A DNA stretch of 64,000 bases. Source: Iphione sp. A-MEVVRFRX5. Taxonomy: Eukaryota. Numbering within the stretch: the first letter of the stretch is position 1; every line of letters begins with the position of its first letter. A program made the translations under genes and the position numbers. The stretch spans positions 51,336,001 through 51,400,000 of the forward strand of contig OZ320316.1 in the NCBI GenBank assembly GCA_976226885.1, given 5' to 3'. Positions 1-12,900 of this stretch are shown piece after piece. Below the pieces are notes generated by a model. The model was not told where the DNA came from. It did no database searches and saw only the letters and a list, made by a program, of their open reading frames with translations.

Positions 1-3000
1 GTGCCTTATTACACAGTATAATATCATGCTGTGTATATGTATAAACCTTACCTCTGAGAGTATTTTTCAGGCCAAGGCGTACTACTAAGGTAATATGTCG
101 TCAATACACAAGAATATCCTGGCCAATGTTGAATATATGTACATATATCTATACGCCAAGACTAAGTAAGTAAGAGGGGCGTCTTGGAATAAGGAAAAAA
201 GAAGAGAAGTTGAAAAAAAAAGAAATGAAAAAATCATTTTCTACTGACAGAATGTTTGTTCTACGAGAATACGGATGACAGAAAGCACAATCTGACCACT
301 TTAAAAGTACAATAGGGATCTAAAGTTTTGTGCTACATCGGCGGTCTAGGCACGTGAGCAAACTGTGTATTCAGCGCTTTTCACTTGTCTGCTGTGGCTC
401 AACTATCACGTCAGTGGTATATCGTGCTGGGTTCAACGTTGAACACGCAGAGGAGCTTTTAGTCAGCGCTCCGGCGGCGCGCGTCCAATCTTATTTCGAA
501 ATTACCCATTTCGCAGGAGGGACAAGGCATATCCGGGAGAGCGAGGGTGGGGAGACAATAGGAGGGAGGGTGGGCCATCATTGTCCTCAGGGGCTATACT
601 ACTGCATTAAAATCCCCCATTTTCTTATCCTACTGGCGGACAGCCCCCTCTCCCTCCGCTCCATTTACATAATTGAAAGTCTGTGTTGTCAATCAACGGC
701 AGCAGTGCCCCGTGCACCGGCAGCCTCTCATTGTCCAACGCCAATCATGGCATATTCCGCACTTTCTGATCCGCGCAAGCATAGTGGGAATTAGATCAGA
801 ATGTTGCATGCTCCTTTCATCGTTTTTGAGCATGCAACAGCAATACGTCATCATCCATTTATGGCCTACTGATGGTGACAAGACCCTTCCATGGAATATC
901 CTTGTTCATCCAGACCTTCGACCATGCCTTGGCCGTTCAGGTTCGCTACACGTGCTGCAGTTATTTACCAGAGTTATGACAACCAAATAGCCTATCTGTG
1001 GGGCAACGATCAGTTGGTATTAGGCAAATACAACAGTGACTAGTAGAATCAACATCAGCTCCAATCTAATCATACGGTTACCGACATGATCTTCAAGTGA
1101 AGAAGGATCATAGACATACGCACTGAATGATATCTCCTCCCCCAATCCAGCCATATCCGCAGTCGCAAAGGACTCAGATAAACCATCGATAAGCCGATAT
1201 CATTAGGTGAGCAAGGCGGCGACAAACCCTACGATTGCTATTCTGGTAGGTTCTTTGTATGGCAACGAAGCCTTATCGCTTGGCACAATAGCCCCTTCGG
1301 TGTCCCACTGGACGAGTCGCTCCTGCAAGAACGACCGGTGGTCGGCGCACAAGGGGAGCCGTTCAGGTGCTGTATGCGTCTGAGCAGTCGCTGTAGGACA
1401 AGATGAGGGCAGGCGAATCCCGGGTAATTCTAACAGAGCCGCTGGTCTTAAAGAGCGGCTTGCCGCTAGCCTCACCCACCTGATGATCTGTATCCATGGC
1501 AACTTATTGAAAGACACTGTTGACTTGCTTACTTGGGCTACTTGAGTCGGGCTGCGGGCCGCACATGCGATTGAAAGGTGCAATTGCTGCAGCGCACACA
1601 ATCCCCATTGCAGCTCACTAGAACAACTTTTGATAATGTTCACTTCCGGTTAAGAGGCCTGGTTTGCGGTGTCGCCTGAGAACACTTTGAGACCGATGTT
1701 TCTATATCCCCAAGTCATAACCAACATTTTACAGGTGTTGATTACTTAATACAGCATACATTTACTTCAGGACGGATGGCTATCAGCTGTTAATATTTTA
1801 TGTCAAAATTATAGGGTCCCGTATTTATTCATTGAAAGATTTCAGCCAGCAGGATGATCATCCAACCAGTCGGAGACCAGTAGTTTCAAGAATAAAGTAA
1901 CTTCAGTACATTGTACTTAAAAATATTCGGTAAACTGATATTTTCAAAGTATGCATATACATTTCACGTGTGCATATTACTATTTTAAAAAGAGATTTTA
2001 AGCACACATGACGTAAAATTAAGATTGCAGTTCATAACTAATTCGCGGCATATTATATATGTAGGTGAAAAGGTTAGTGAAATTGTGTCTCTACCAGACA
2101 TGTCCTTTTCGGTTCTTGAAGGTTTTAACATTTATTCAGTCTTGGTTACACAGTTTTCTTCATTATGCCATGCTATGGCCTCTGAATATTATGTTGTACT
2201 GAGTATCTAACAATTTGATGCATAAAAAAGATCCATCACAGATATGCAGTATTGACGCTTTGATTCACAGATATCTACAGAATTAATCAATGTTTTTCCC
2301 AATCAAATAGGCCTACATACAGGTATATAGCTGTCACTTCGCCTGTTTTTTTCTGCGAATAAAGCGTCCCATTTGCCCGAGAGAGATCTAATTAATAGGC
2401 ATGCTCGACATCGGGTGACAGAATAATGTGGGAAAGCGCTGAGGAGTGCGGTGTATATCATATCTATGGAAGCTGTCACTACGCCTAGCCAAATTCTATC
2501 CACAGATCCAGCTACACCTGCTTGGTGCTGTATCTTCTTATAACGGACGGCTGCAGATGATGGCGGGTGCCATACTGATTCAATTTCCTCCGCGGGGCGT
2601 CGGGCGCGGCGCTTGCTTTTGCGGCGGGGCCACCTCTTGCACAACACTATAAAAAGCACAAGGCTTGTCGCATGGGCAGACAGCAGATGTTGACTCAGCA
2701 GCCGCTTTGCACCCTCCCCCGCCACAAGTGAACCTGGTCCCAAGGAGCCGTTCCCCAAAATGATTTAACATTTGTTACTCATGCGCTTGATTAATTCGAA
2801 ACAGAGAACGCAACCACCGGGGACGCGGTTTTTCACGCACCTGCCAAGTCCATTCAGAACAAGCAAGATCTGAGCATGCTGGTTACCAATCAAAGACTGT
2901 TTTCGCTGGCAACCGACCTATCCAGTTAGTGTATCAACACCTTTGTTATGCTGCATGCATAAAGGAAACGAAGGGAGCTTTCTTGCCAAAGATTTTTTTG

Positions 3001-3554
3001 AGACAGATACGTCGATTCTTTCTAATTCATACCTCTGATGGTCGGACTTTTTGTAGGGCAAAGATTGTACTCAGAAGGAGGTGAAACAAGGTTCAAGGTT
3101 CTTGCACTTCAGAGATATGTTTGATTTCAGAGGGATACTGTATTTCGGCCGAAATAACATAAATAACCAGATAAACCCTTCGAAGATTTCTACCTGACAT
3201 GATATAATAAACTCATCGCCGAGCAGTTGCCTGCAGCGAAGACGTTTTCAACTGTTTCAGTGACAGCATCAAGAAAAAGCCCATTCACATGGAGATCTAA
3301 ATGTAATTATGATTGGAAAGTGTGAGTAAATACTGTACATGTATAGACATACTCACACTCATCCCTAAAGACAAATGAAGACTGGATAACGTCCAAACGA
3401 ACGGGTAAACTAACTGAAGGAATGTTACGAAACTGTAAGTCCTTCGCAGGTTACAATTATTACAGTCAGATTCTGAAGAAACTGAGAACATCTCTGTAAC
3501 ATGTCTCAAAACCGGAGGTTACAACTGCCGAGACAATTTGGATATTAGCCACAT

Positions 3555-4270
3555 GTTCTCATAGTTAGTTCTAGTTGACGACGGAGGTTACGAAGTAACC
3601 TTGACTTACTGGGTAACACAACGACAGCTGTGTCAGTAAACCCAGGGAAGGGCTATGAACATTTGGTGCATACTGCTGTGACGTTATTTAGACAACGTGC
3701 TTTCCAATATGTGATTATCTTGGGCGGTATATGTAACATAACTGAGAAAATTTCATAGCAAGTGCTGACAAGAGAGGACACATTAGGCATGTTCTACCTC
3801 GTTACGACAGCTCTGATGAATGCCTCAGTGCCATTAAAGATATATTGCAGGAACAGACCCGAAATTACTATAACAATACTAATAACGCACATTTAGTTTT
3901 CTGCAATACTTTCGGCATAAGTTACATGGATTACAATATGATAGCAAATAATTACACGCCAATGCCAGACACCGCGATCCGATATCAGATGGTCATCGAC
4001 GAGTCTGTGATTGCAGTCAATCGGCTAGTTCGAGAGTTGAATATAGCAAATGGATCGATGGCTCTGAACATAGCGAACTTGATCCATACGAGGGAGAAGA
4101 AGGCATGGAGGCATGAAAATTTGGGAGGGAGGACATTCAAACGTACCGTGTACCATAATGGGGATGGGAAAATTAACAAACTTTTGATGTGGATCTATTG
4201 ACCTGAGGCTCACCCGCGGTCAGAGGTTGTATTAGGTAACATTATAAACAAGAACAGAGTGTACTAGGGC
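3555..4270 (+). pseudogene. Decayed SGNH/GDSL-hydrolase-like ORF, probably a retroelement accessory ORF
   Basis: VLIVSSS*RRRL (block I-like, about 3555-3595) and VIILGGICNIT (3711-3743, block III-like), then a stop at 3756-3758 and a frameshift into the 3845-4201 ORF (LVFCNTFGISYMDYN...QMVIDESVIAVNRLVRELN). Family call is from motif resemblance only. Confidence 0.4.
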
Positions 4271-4660
4271 TCCTGTCAAGGGTATTGCAATAGATTCAGT
4301 TAATTTACACGGATGAATCGACCTAGGGCTCTGCCGTGGTCAGAGATTACATAATGTTAGGATATTGATAAGCTTTTTTTTTACCAGAGAGTTTACATAG
4401 ACAGTTATTGTTTGGATCGACGCAGTGGGGCATGGGGCTCTGCCACTGCCCCAAGGCTGGAATGTGAGATTATCATATGAATGTAAAAGTGTGGAATGAT
4501 TGTGTGGAAATATCCTGAAGTCAGGGTCTAATGGCATAACTATTGATGGGACCACACATGGGATTCTGCCGAGGTTGAAATACTGTAACTATACCAGTGG
4601 GTAATAGTTAGAATAAGGGAAAATGGAGGGACAGGGGACTCTGCCGCTGCCCAGAACCCT
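4201..4660 (+). repeat. Degenerate repeats with core ggg(g/a)ctctgcc downstream of the SGNH-like relic
   Basis: Related units near 4201 (acctgaggctcacccgcggtcagag), 4261, 4321 (acctagggctctgccgtggtcagag), 4432, 4558 and 4633. The 4201 and 4321 copies are 120 bp apart. Confidence 0.55.
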
Positions 4661-7600
4661 GAGAATACAGGATGGATAAGGACGACTTAGGGCGTTTTGA
4701 CCTATGCAGGATTATAGTTAGATTAATAACATAGCACTCAATTGTATGCAAGAAAACTCAGGAAGTATACATGTTGGCACATTCACTCAATTGATATGTT
4801 TGTCATCAGCATTGTAAATGCACATCGATTGATCAACATTACCATAAAGTATTTCATAGTAAAGGTGATTGGTAAAAGACTGGAAACACATACTAATATT
4901 GTATGCCATCTTCCAGTGAAAATAAAGTTTAAAAAAATGTTCTATTTCTTAGCAAATTTATAACTCCTAAAAGAATCTATATCTTTGATTAGTTCATTGA
5001 AATTTGAGAAATGCTAAATATGTAGAATATGTGAAGTGGGGACTTCAATCACCTTAAATTACTGTTATATCCTACGACATAGATGGCAAAGGAAGCCAGA
5101 GACTTATTTTTACTTTTATTTGCATGGGCGATAAAAGTCTACCGTTGTACAGAAGGAAACTGAATCCTCCATGGTGACAAAGCTAGCGGGTGATTGCTGT
5201 AAGCAATGACTGTCTGTGTTATTGAGAATGTGTAGGCTGTCATTCACAAGTCGGAAGTGCCCCTCCGTCACCCAGCCACCGTCTGCACCTCTTCCGCCCC
5301 GAACCGCATCCGATCGTCGTGTGTGCCTAAAGGGCCGTGTGAAGTTCGTCGATTGCTGATATGTGCAGGCGCAGGTGTTAGAAACGCCAGGTGCTGACGA
5401 CTCCCGGAGGCTCTGCCCAACAGGCTGCGGTGAAACTGAGAAAACTACATTTTGATGTTTTCTGTTATGCGGTTTGTGACAGGATATCCTCACCTATCTG
5501 TGCATGTTACCTTGTGTGCGTGAACCCTTTACCTCGGGGGAACCAAATGAGCCTCGCATCGAAAAAAGAAATGGATAAGAGGAAGCCCCAACACACTCAT
5601 CCAGGTATTCGCTATATTATTTACTTATGGAATGAAAGAAATGAATCCAAGCCTGAACTGCTAGATGTTAGAAGGCTATGGGCGCCTTCTTGCAAGGTTC
5701 TCACGATGAATAGTTTAAGGTTTGATATACTTATTTCCTCTTATTTCAAATAGACATCCTATATCAATTTTGTTAATGCACATTACCCCACAACTATTTC
5801 TTACTGGTCCCTAGTGTGCAAAACACAAAGAAATCTTTAAAAAAAAACGGGGGGGGCATTGCAGAGGTGCATCCGTCTCTGTCATGTTGCCGATGGCAAT
5901 CGAGGTATTCAAGCTCTGACAGGTAGAACATCTTTGAAGGTGTGTTGCCTTTTTTTAAAGACAATTATTCCAAAAGGGTACGTTGTGCAAAAATAGGTTT
6001 AACTTTTTTCAAAGACCAGTCTCTTTATCGTAAGCTAACAATGGCATTGTATTCTTCTGAAGGTCAATTCCTGATGCAAGCTTTGCTGATCAATAGAGAC
6101 TTTGTAATTGTGATCGATGACACAGGTTTATCATCCTGACGTACAAAATAAAGGATAGTCTGTTTCTTCTTTTGTCGTCCATACGCTTAAAATCAGTTCA
6201 CTCGAGCCAGAGGGGAATGAATACAAAAGCAATACTAATACTAACAAAACATGGAGAAAACCGCCTCAATTATAAAGATTGTTTTTGTCTAGCTAAATTC
6301 GACCTATTTGATCTTGTCCCCTCCCATTTTCTTCAAGTTTTATCTCTGACATTCTCGAAACATTCCGGCAGGACGAGACAGAATTAAACAAGGCTTTCTG
6401 AAATATGTTAATTCCAACCAAATTTGTCAGAAATTAGCAAAGGGAACCTCCCAAGAGTGACAGAATGGTATTCAAACAGCAGGGCCCTGCCTTTATTTAT
6501 CGTGAAAGAGCGTCACTGAGTGACCAGGTCACAGCTTGTTCTCCGTTATTCAGCGGCCAGTCGATCACCAAAGCAGGCATCATTCAAAGTCTGGCGATTG
6601 CCTAGCCAGAAGAAGCTGCCATCCACCATGCAGAGTTACTAGATGCGGCCTCTGCGTTGAACTCCATTTGTGAGTCAAATGAAGGCCAGAAGGGGACCAC
6701 CAAGACGGACGCTTGGCCTATTGGCGGTCATTCCGCTGCAGGCATTGTGTGTTCAGTCGCTTGATCCCTGACTTCGGCAGTAGACGGCGCTTAACTCGCC
6801 AATCGGCCCCGGAGCTGCTGCCACCCTGTCAGGCCTAATGAGAGGCCTTGGGTCGGGTAAGGGCCGGTCGACCGCCCATTACCTTGCGGCTGACCGGGCA
6901 TCGACACCTCAGGCTGGCACTTCAGCCTGTCCGATTACCAGCAACCTTTAACATGGTGAGCGACGTTGGCATGGGACCAGACGCCGGACCCCCACCCCTG
7001 CACCACCTCACTCTCGCTGTGCTAATCTGCCTGCTTCCTTCCTGCAACCCTCTTGCCTATCGGACTTCTACCGATTTTGTCGTATTAATTAAGTAGAACT
7101 GCTACCGATTGAGGATAGATGGCAAAGTTTGCTTGTCGACGGCTATGAGCCATACGATAAATCTCCAAACTCATTTCCCTTGCATCACAATGGTACAAAT
7201 TATACTAGAGTAACACCACAAAAGCGGGATGCGGGGATGCCACCATAACGAATCACATATGAGCCGGGTCACCAGCGGCGGGTCATCACCGCAGGAGATG
7301 GGACGGAGCAGCATGCTGATGACGTGTTTGTTCAGCCTTTCAGACATAATGGAAGGACCGTCCTTATTGTGGCCTCATGTAGCGAGAAGACAGCCGGTCC
7401 TGCGTCTAGCACATAGACGGAGGACGTTTGCTTTCTCGGCTTAATCTTGTTTATATCGATTGTCCATCGCCGGAGGAGGGAAGTTAGTGTGAAGGCGGCA
7501 CTCTGCCGTGAATGAGGCCCCCATAGATAAGACCTCTCGAGCAGCACGATTGATAGAGCCCGACATTCATATTTAACCGACACGTGATGGATCGGGATCG

Positions 7601-7883
7601 ATTCTTTATTGAGACGCTCACACACGTTCGCCGGCCCCCGGTGATCCCTGGGGAGCTTTGACTCCGCCCGTTTACACGGACCTCCGCTGGTTTATGATCG
7701 CGATCGGCCCAACTCCGAGCTTCGACATGAATTGTTGGCAATTCCTAAGTCTATAGTGTGACGTGGCGCCTTCATTTCATCTGATGATAGCGACCAATAG
7801 ATGGATGTTTCTTATTATGTAATAACAATCAAGCAATTAGTGGCCACAAGATTGATATATTGCCTTCCGAAAGGGTAAGGAAG

Positions 7884-8125
7884 TTAAAAGTGTCTAGGGA
7901 GAGAACAGAGCTTGCGAGGAAGGTAAAGAACTAATTGCGAAAAGGGGGTAGAGAAGGGGATGTAGAGAAGAAGATGGAGTGAATAATAAGGTGAGGGAGA
8001 TGAAGAATGGCTAGGATTGATAGGAGAGTAATAAGCAAGCAGGATGACGAGAAAAGTATGAAGCAGATAGGGAGGAAGAGAGGAGAGAAAAAGCAATGGG
8101 GAATGGAAGAGAGGGAGAAAAAATG
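7884..8125 (+). repeat. Purine-rich (GA) low-complexity tract
   Basis: Strong G/A strand bias (ggaggaagagaggagagaaaaag...). Confidence 0.6.
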
Positions 8126-9616
8126 AGCACCTAATTTTCACATTTCCTTATAGATCAGACGAAATACACTCGCCGACGTATCACGTTGTGTTGTTGGTAA
8201 ATCAATAAATCTATCTAGACTTTTAAGTGACTCCCTAGTAGTTCATGGTAAATAAATATGTTACGCATTGTAGAATGTTTCCTATATATACTTATTGTAC
8301 CGCTATTTACGCCGCTGTCAAGTTAAATATCGCTAGTAAGTGCCGAGGCGCTACGCGGGGAGCCACAAGGTTGTTAAGGTTTGAGTTAGAACACGTAACG
8401 AGACGCCTACTACTAGGCGCATCTCAATGTTTGCAGTAAAAAGTGAAATAAAGTCTATCTTGCCAATTCATTGACCACTACCAAAAGGACTCGCAAGCCC
8501 CACCCTCTTACATTATATGAGCAGGCATGGCTTGCGCCTCTCGGATTGACACAGTAATCTTGTGCCCAATCACGCGGGTCTTGCCGACTGGAATTGCATT
8601 ACGTGAGGTTCCCTTCGGGTCGCAATCGGATCAGCCCGTGGCAGCGGCGAGTTGCTCTGGAGTGCGAGCCCCAACAACTGCTGCCGATGACCTAATTGCC
8701 CGACCCGCCTATGGCCTTTTATACCCAATTCGTCGCCAGGCTGGGCGGCGGATAATCCATGCATGAATAGGGTAAAGATGCTTGGTACAGATCCTTGTCT
8801 GCCTAAAGTAGGACTGCCTGCAGGGGTCGCCGGCACAGCCTGAACCGTTGCCATTTGTAATCGCCACCCGTTGTCGCCAGACATTGAGAGCACTTCACTC
8901 AGGAAATTGGCCTGAGTGTCTCCGGGCGGTTGTGAACGACCGGCCAATGGAAGTGGACGGGGAGCGATCGATGTGTACTGCCCCTTGCTCGAACACTGGG
9001 GTGACAGACGCGGAAACGAGCTGACACGGCAGGCGAAGACAACTGTCTACTCGAAGGAAGAGCAACTCATCAAAAGAAGTCTCATGTGCCGGTGAAATTG
9101 GCTTGTTGGGCTGCCATCGTTGTTCCCGTCACCGTTTGTTCTAGGGCATTTCCTCACAAGGTTTTTGGCTTTTACACTGGCCCGTCGAGGACCTCGGCTT
9201 TGGCCTGTATGAAGGATGTAGGGTAAGGATTAGGTGAGCGCGTGTAAATCAAGTAGGGAGAAATTGACCTGAGGCTTTGTTCTGTCGAGGCCGGAGACTC
9301 CCTCTCCATCTCGCACGCGTTTAAACGATGTGTTGTTCCTGTGTTGATTGATTCCTTCTCCCTTGTCCCTTCTCGGGTAGTCTCTTGAGGAGCGCTATCA
9401 TGTCCAATCATGTCTCACGCAACTCCCATAACGAAAAGCCTTTTCTTTCAAGATGATGAAACAATCTTTTTATAGCAATCGCAGAATAAAGAGCACGCAG
9501 AAACTTTCACCTCACGAGGAAATGCTCGCGTGCAGCGTCTTATTTTTTCTCTTGAAAACTTTAAAAAATATCATACTTCATGCCGCGCCGTACAACACCT
9601 TTTCATATTTTTGCAG

Positions 9617-9901
9617 GCGTTAAAGAGTACTGTCACGTGGACGCATTTAACGCCTCCTGCGGCCCCAACCACGTGATCCTCATGCGATCGGCTGTGTACG
9701 GTCGCATCGGCCTTGGGAAATGTGTGCGTCGTAACCTGGGTTACCTGGGCTGCACCATGGATGTGGTGCCCTACATGGACACGCGCTGCTCGGGCAGGTC
9801 ATCCTGCCGCGTGAACGTCGTCGACCTGACCAAGAAAGGCATGAAGCCGTGCCCAGAAGATGTTACCTCGCATCTACAGGCCAGCTACACCTGCGTAGAA
9901 G
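9617..9901 (+). CDS. Gene 1 SUEL-type lectin exon (285 nt, phase 1-1)
   Basis: Acceptor atatttttgcag|GC, donor GAA G|gtgagt. Encodes VKEYCHVDAFNASC...SAVYGRIGLGKC...CSGRSSC...PCPEDVTSHLQASYTCVE with 8 Cys and YGR, typical of the SUEL/Gal_Lectin fold. Confidence 0.93.
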
Positions 9902-12900
9902 GTGAGTCGTCCTGAACGAAAACAAAACCTATAATAATGCAATAGTAATGGCTAATTGTATATTGTATTTCGATAAACATTTGAATCGGGTTAGAACTAG
10001 ATTCAAGTGTGACATAGAAATCCTAAGTTAGATTGGGTTGTCAGCAGTAACATGTGATTATCTCAATGTGCTAGATATTTGAATGTCCAATTTATATGTA
10101 TGTAAATTGACATTTATGTGTGCAAAGTCTAATATACACATATAGATAGCAGCGTCCACTTTGGCTGTTTGACAAACGCAACTTGAGTAGGACTATATTC
10201 ATTATCTGGCGGTACCATGTTGTTTTATTTCTTTTCAAAGAGTTCTGCAGAAGAGAAACTAACGTAACTCTAGAGCGTGTTCGAAGAAATATCTAAAACA
10301 ATTTGCCAGATGACCGTCATGATTGCGTAATGAAGGCCACCCATATGGCCGAGAGAAAAACGTCCCTTGGCTCGATACCTGGTGTCGAAATCAGAGCTCG
10401 ATCATGTTGGATTTTTTTTGCATCTCCCACAAGGAGGTCAAGGGAAAATCAATAATTTCATGAATAACACACACGACAAAAATGCCTGGGGCTATATTGA
10501 TATAAAGGATTAATCTATTTCGCATCAGGGCCTGTGGGATTATGAAGGTGTGGCTTGTTGGGCTTTGGTCGTTAGGGACGTGATAAAAAAGACACAATGG
10601 GCCAGGCAGCACATGAATAGTTTAACAGCTGGTGGTTGTGCTTTGCACGTGTAGCGTGGTCGGAGCCAGACGGTCTACCTGATTAAGGTGTGGCTACAGT
10701 TGACGTCATGCTACGCACTCTGCCAACGACCAACAGCCTCGGGCGACGGGGCTGAACCCTTTCAGGTGGCCCCCTCACACTAAGGCGATAGGCCGAGAAT
10801 GGACCAATCACAGACGTGTCGCAGGTCACATGGCAAGGGACATTTGTCTCTGCACCCCTTGACTCGCACGTATACAGAGGCCTCCCGCTATGCGCCCAAT
10901 GGCTTTGTAGTGTCTGCACCCGCCCACTCCCAGCAATGTGCTGCTGGCAATACTAAACGCTTCCTTCAGTGATGCACGGGCAACTTCAAATTAAGTTTTA
11001 ACCATTCTCCTCCCTGCCCGTTTAAATGTGCCCGTCGTGTGTCGTCGCCCGTATAATCTATAAAGACTTCAGCACCTCAGAGGGTTGTACATGTACACCG
11101 ATTACCAACAGCGGCTCTATGACTAAGTAGTGTATGGAAATGTGCATTTAAGGCCAATCCATGTTAGTAGTATCAGACTTGGTTATGTGCGTCGAGTAAC
11201 TTCATTTTGTTACAATTAGTACATTTATGTACTACCTGCATCGTTCAAATAAGGCGAAAATGTGAAAAGCTTTAAAAACAAAACAAAAGAGATTCTGAAT
11301 ACGAATTCGCATGTGTATTAGAATTCGAGCATATCAATTTATACGGGATCCTTATTCGAAAATGTACAAGGAAATTGACGAAGGGGATGGTACAACTGTA
11401 TGAGTGGCTCTACGTGCCTGTAAACTTGTAGCCATTTACTGAAAGCTTGGTGCACAGGGAGTCTGCTTATGGCTTCTTAGGATTCACTGCAGTCAATGAG
11501 GAGTCCAGCGGCCTGGTTTGAATTACATCGGCGCCAACCAGTTAGAATGAAGGGGATGTCGTGCAGAGGCTTTTCCCATGGTTAGTGATTAGGGGCTATC
11601 ATGGCGGCGCCCTGCCCCCGTGGCCCTGTTTACCCAGCTCCTCCTTGAAGCCTTGGGCGGTGAGCAGATCAGGCAAGGGGAGAAGGAGGCCGCACGAGCA
11701 GCTCGCTGTCACTTTAGCAGTGCGCTTCCAATTAATCCGCCTTTGCCCGTGGCGTGACCCACGCGCCAGCACAACTCCCGTGTCTCTCAACCCACCGGGC
11801 TCCAAGCATCCTCCTCACAGGAAACGACGTGGCGCCAAGGCGCTCCACTGCCGGGGGCATCCAACTCTACACTAGCCATTGAACTCCAGTGCAAGCCATA
11901 GTTGCTGTCTCTATCCCTTCAAGGTTGAGGGGGCATCCAGTCGCTTTCGTCCTACACATGCGCCACCTTCACCCCGCTTCCCCCCACATGGCGTCGGTAT
12001 CCTTTGAAGCGGCGCCAGCTTCGCGACGGCCAAACAGGAGGGCTGGGTCGACCATGGCCTTTTTTGACACTGGCACACTTGCAGCAGAAACCAAATGGGC
12101 CGCGAACCTTTGTGGGCAAGGCAACCGCCAGGTATCCAATAATTACAACGCCCTCTGCCGTCCTTTTGACATGTTTCTCTGATGACACCAGATGTCAGTT
12201 CACTCACCGGGCTCATTTTCACCACGACAGGCCGGTTGGGTCTGATGACAAGGATTGAAAGGTTGACGTATCAGGAGAGCTCTTTTGCTGTTCTATTAAG
12301 GCCCACAGCAGTAACACATCTCTCTTCCTTTCTCACTGCTGTGATTCTTTCCATTGGTTGATGCGCACATACATGGCAGCTTGACGTTTTTTTGGGCAAT
12401 CTTTTCAAATGCTACAAGTTCCAACGGTAATCCATATACATTTCGAATCTATAGCCCCTAAGCCCTCGTCTGTCCTCATCGCTGACACCAATGAATTTAG
12501 AGTACGATACTTGACATGTCTGGATTTTATTGTAGTTCTTGGTCGCATGCGACTTCTATCCGGGAAAGACTGAATTAACCGAGTTTATTCATCGTATAAG
12601 AACGGGACAGCACTCACAAAACCTGTCATTATGTTTCAAGGGTATGCATCTCGAGTGGAGGCCCATTAGGCACGGCATCATTTCGCAAATTGTTAACTTC
12701 TGAAATCTTAAAACCTGAACCATCGAGCAGAGAAGACAAGTAGGGACATCTCACGCAATGCCAGTTGATGTATCCTTAGAATTCCAATAAGAATTGCACC
12801 AATCAAATGTGCACCTTGTATGAAATACGTGTACATTAGGCCAATATAGAAATCATCCATCAGCGCAGACCCATATAAGATGTTGCCTCACGAAAGAAAA

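Noticed and set aside
2588-2680. GC-rich stretch plus TATAAAA (2648-2654) as the gene 1 promoter
   Set aside because: No downstream signal-peptide exon or suitable phase-1 donor was found.
6838-7096. MRGLGS with a phase-1 donor at 6856, and an overlapping ORF with hydrophobic LTLAVLICLL, as gene 1 exon 1
   Set aside because: The segment with the donor has no signal peptide, and the hydrophobic ORF has no phase-1 donor.
8245-8335. ATG-initiated segment MVNKYVTHCRMFPIYTYCTAIYAAVKLNIA with a perfect phase-1 donor (A|gtaagt) as gene 1 exon 1
   Set aside because: The phase fits, but the peptide lacks a convincing hydrophobic signal core and lies in AT-rich, LTR-like sequence. Exon 1 is left unassigned and may be upstream of the window.
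8195-8483. Solo-LTR-like segment (TGGTA...TACCA, TATA-like motif, AATAAA near the 3' end)
   Set aside because: No target-site duplication and no second copy or internal retroviral sequence seen.
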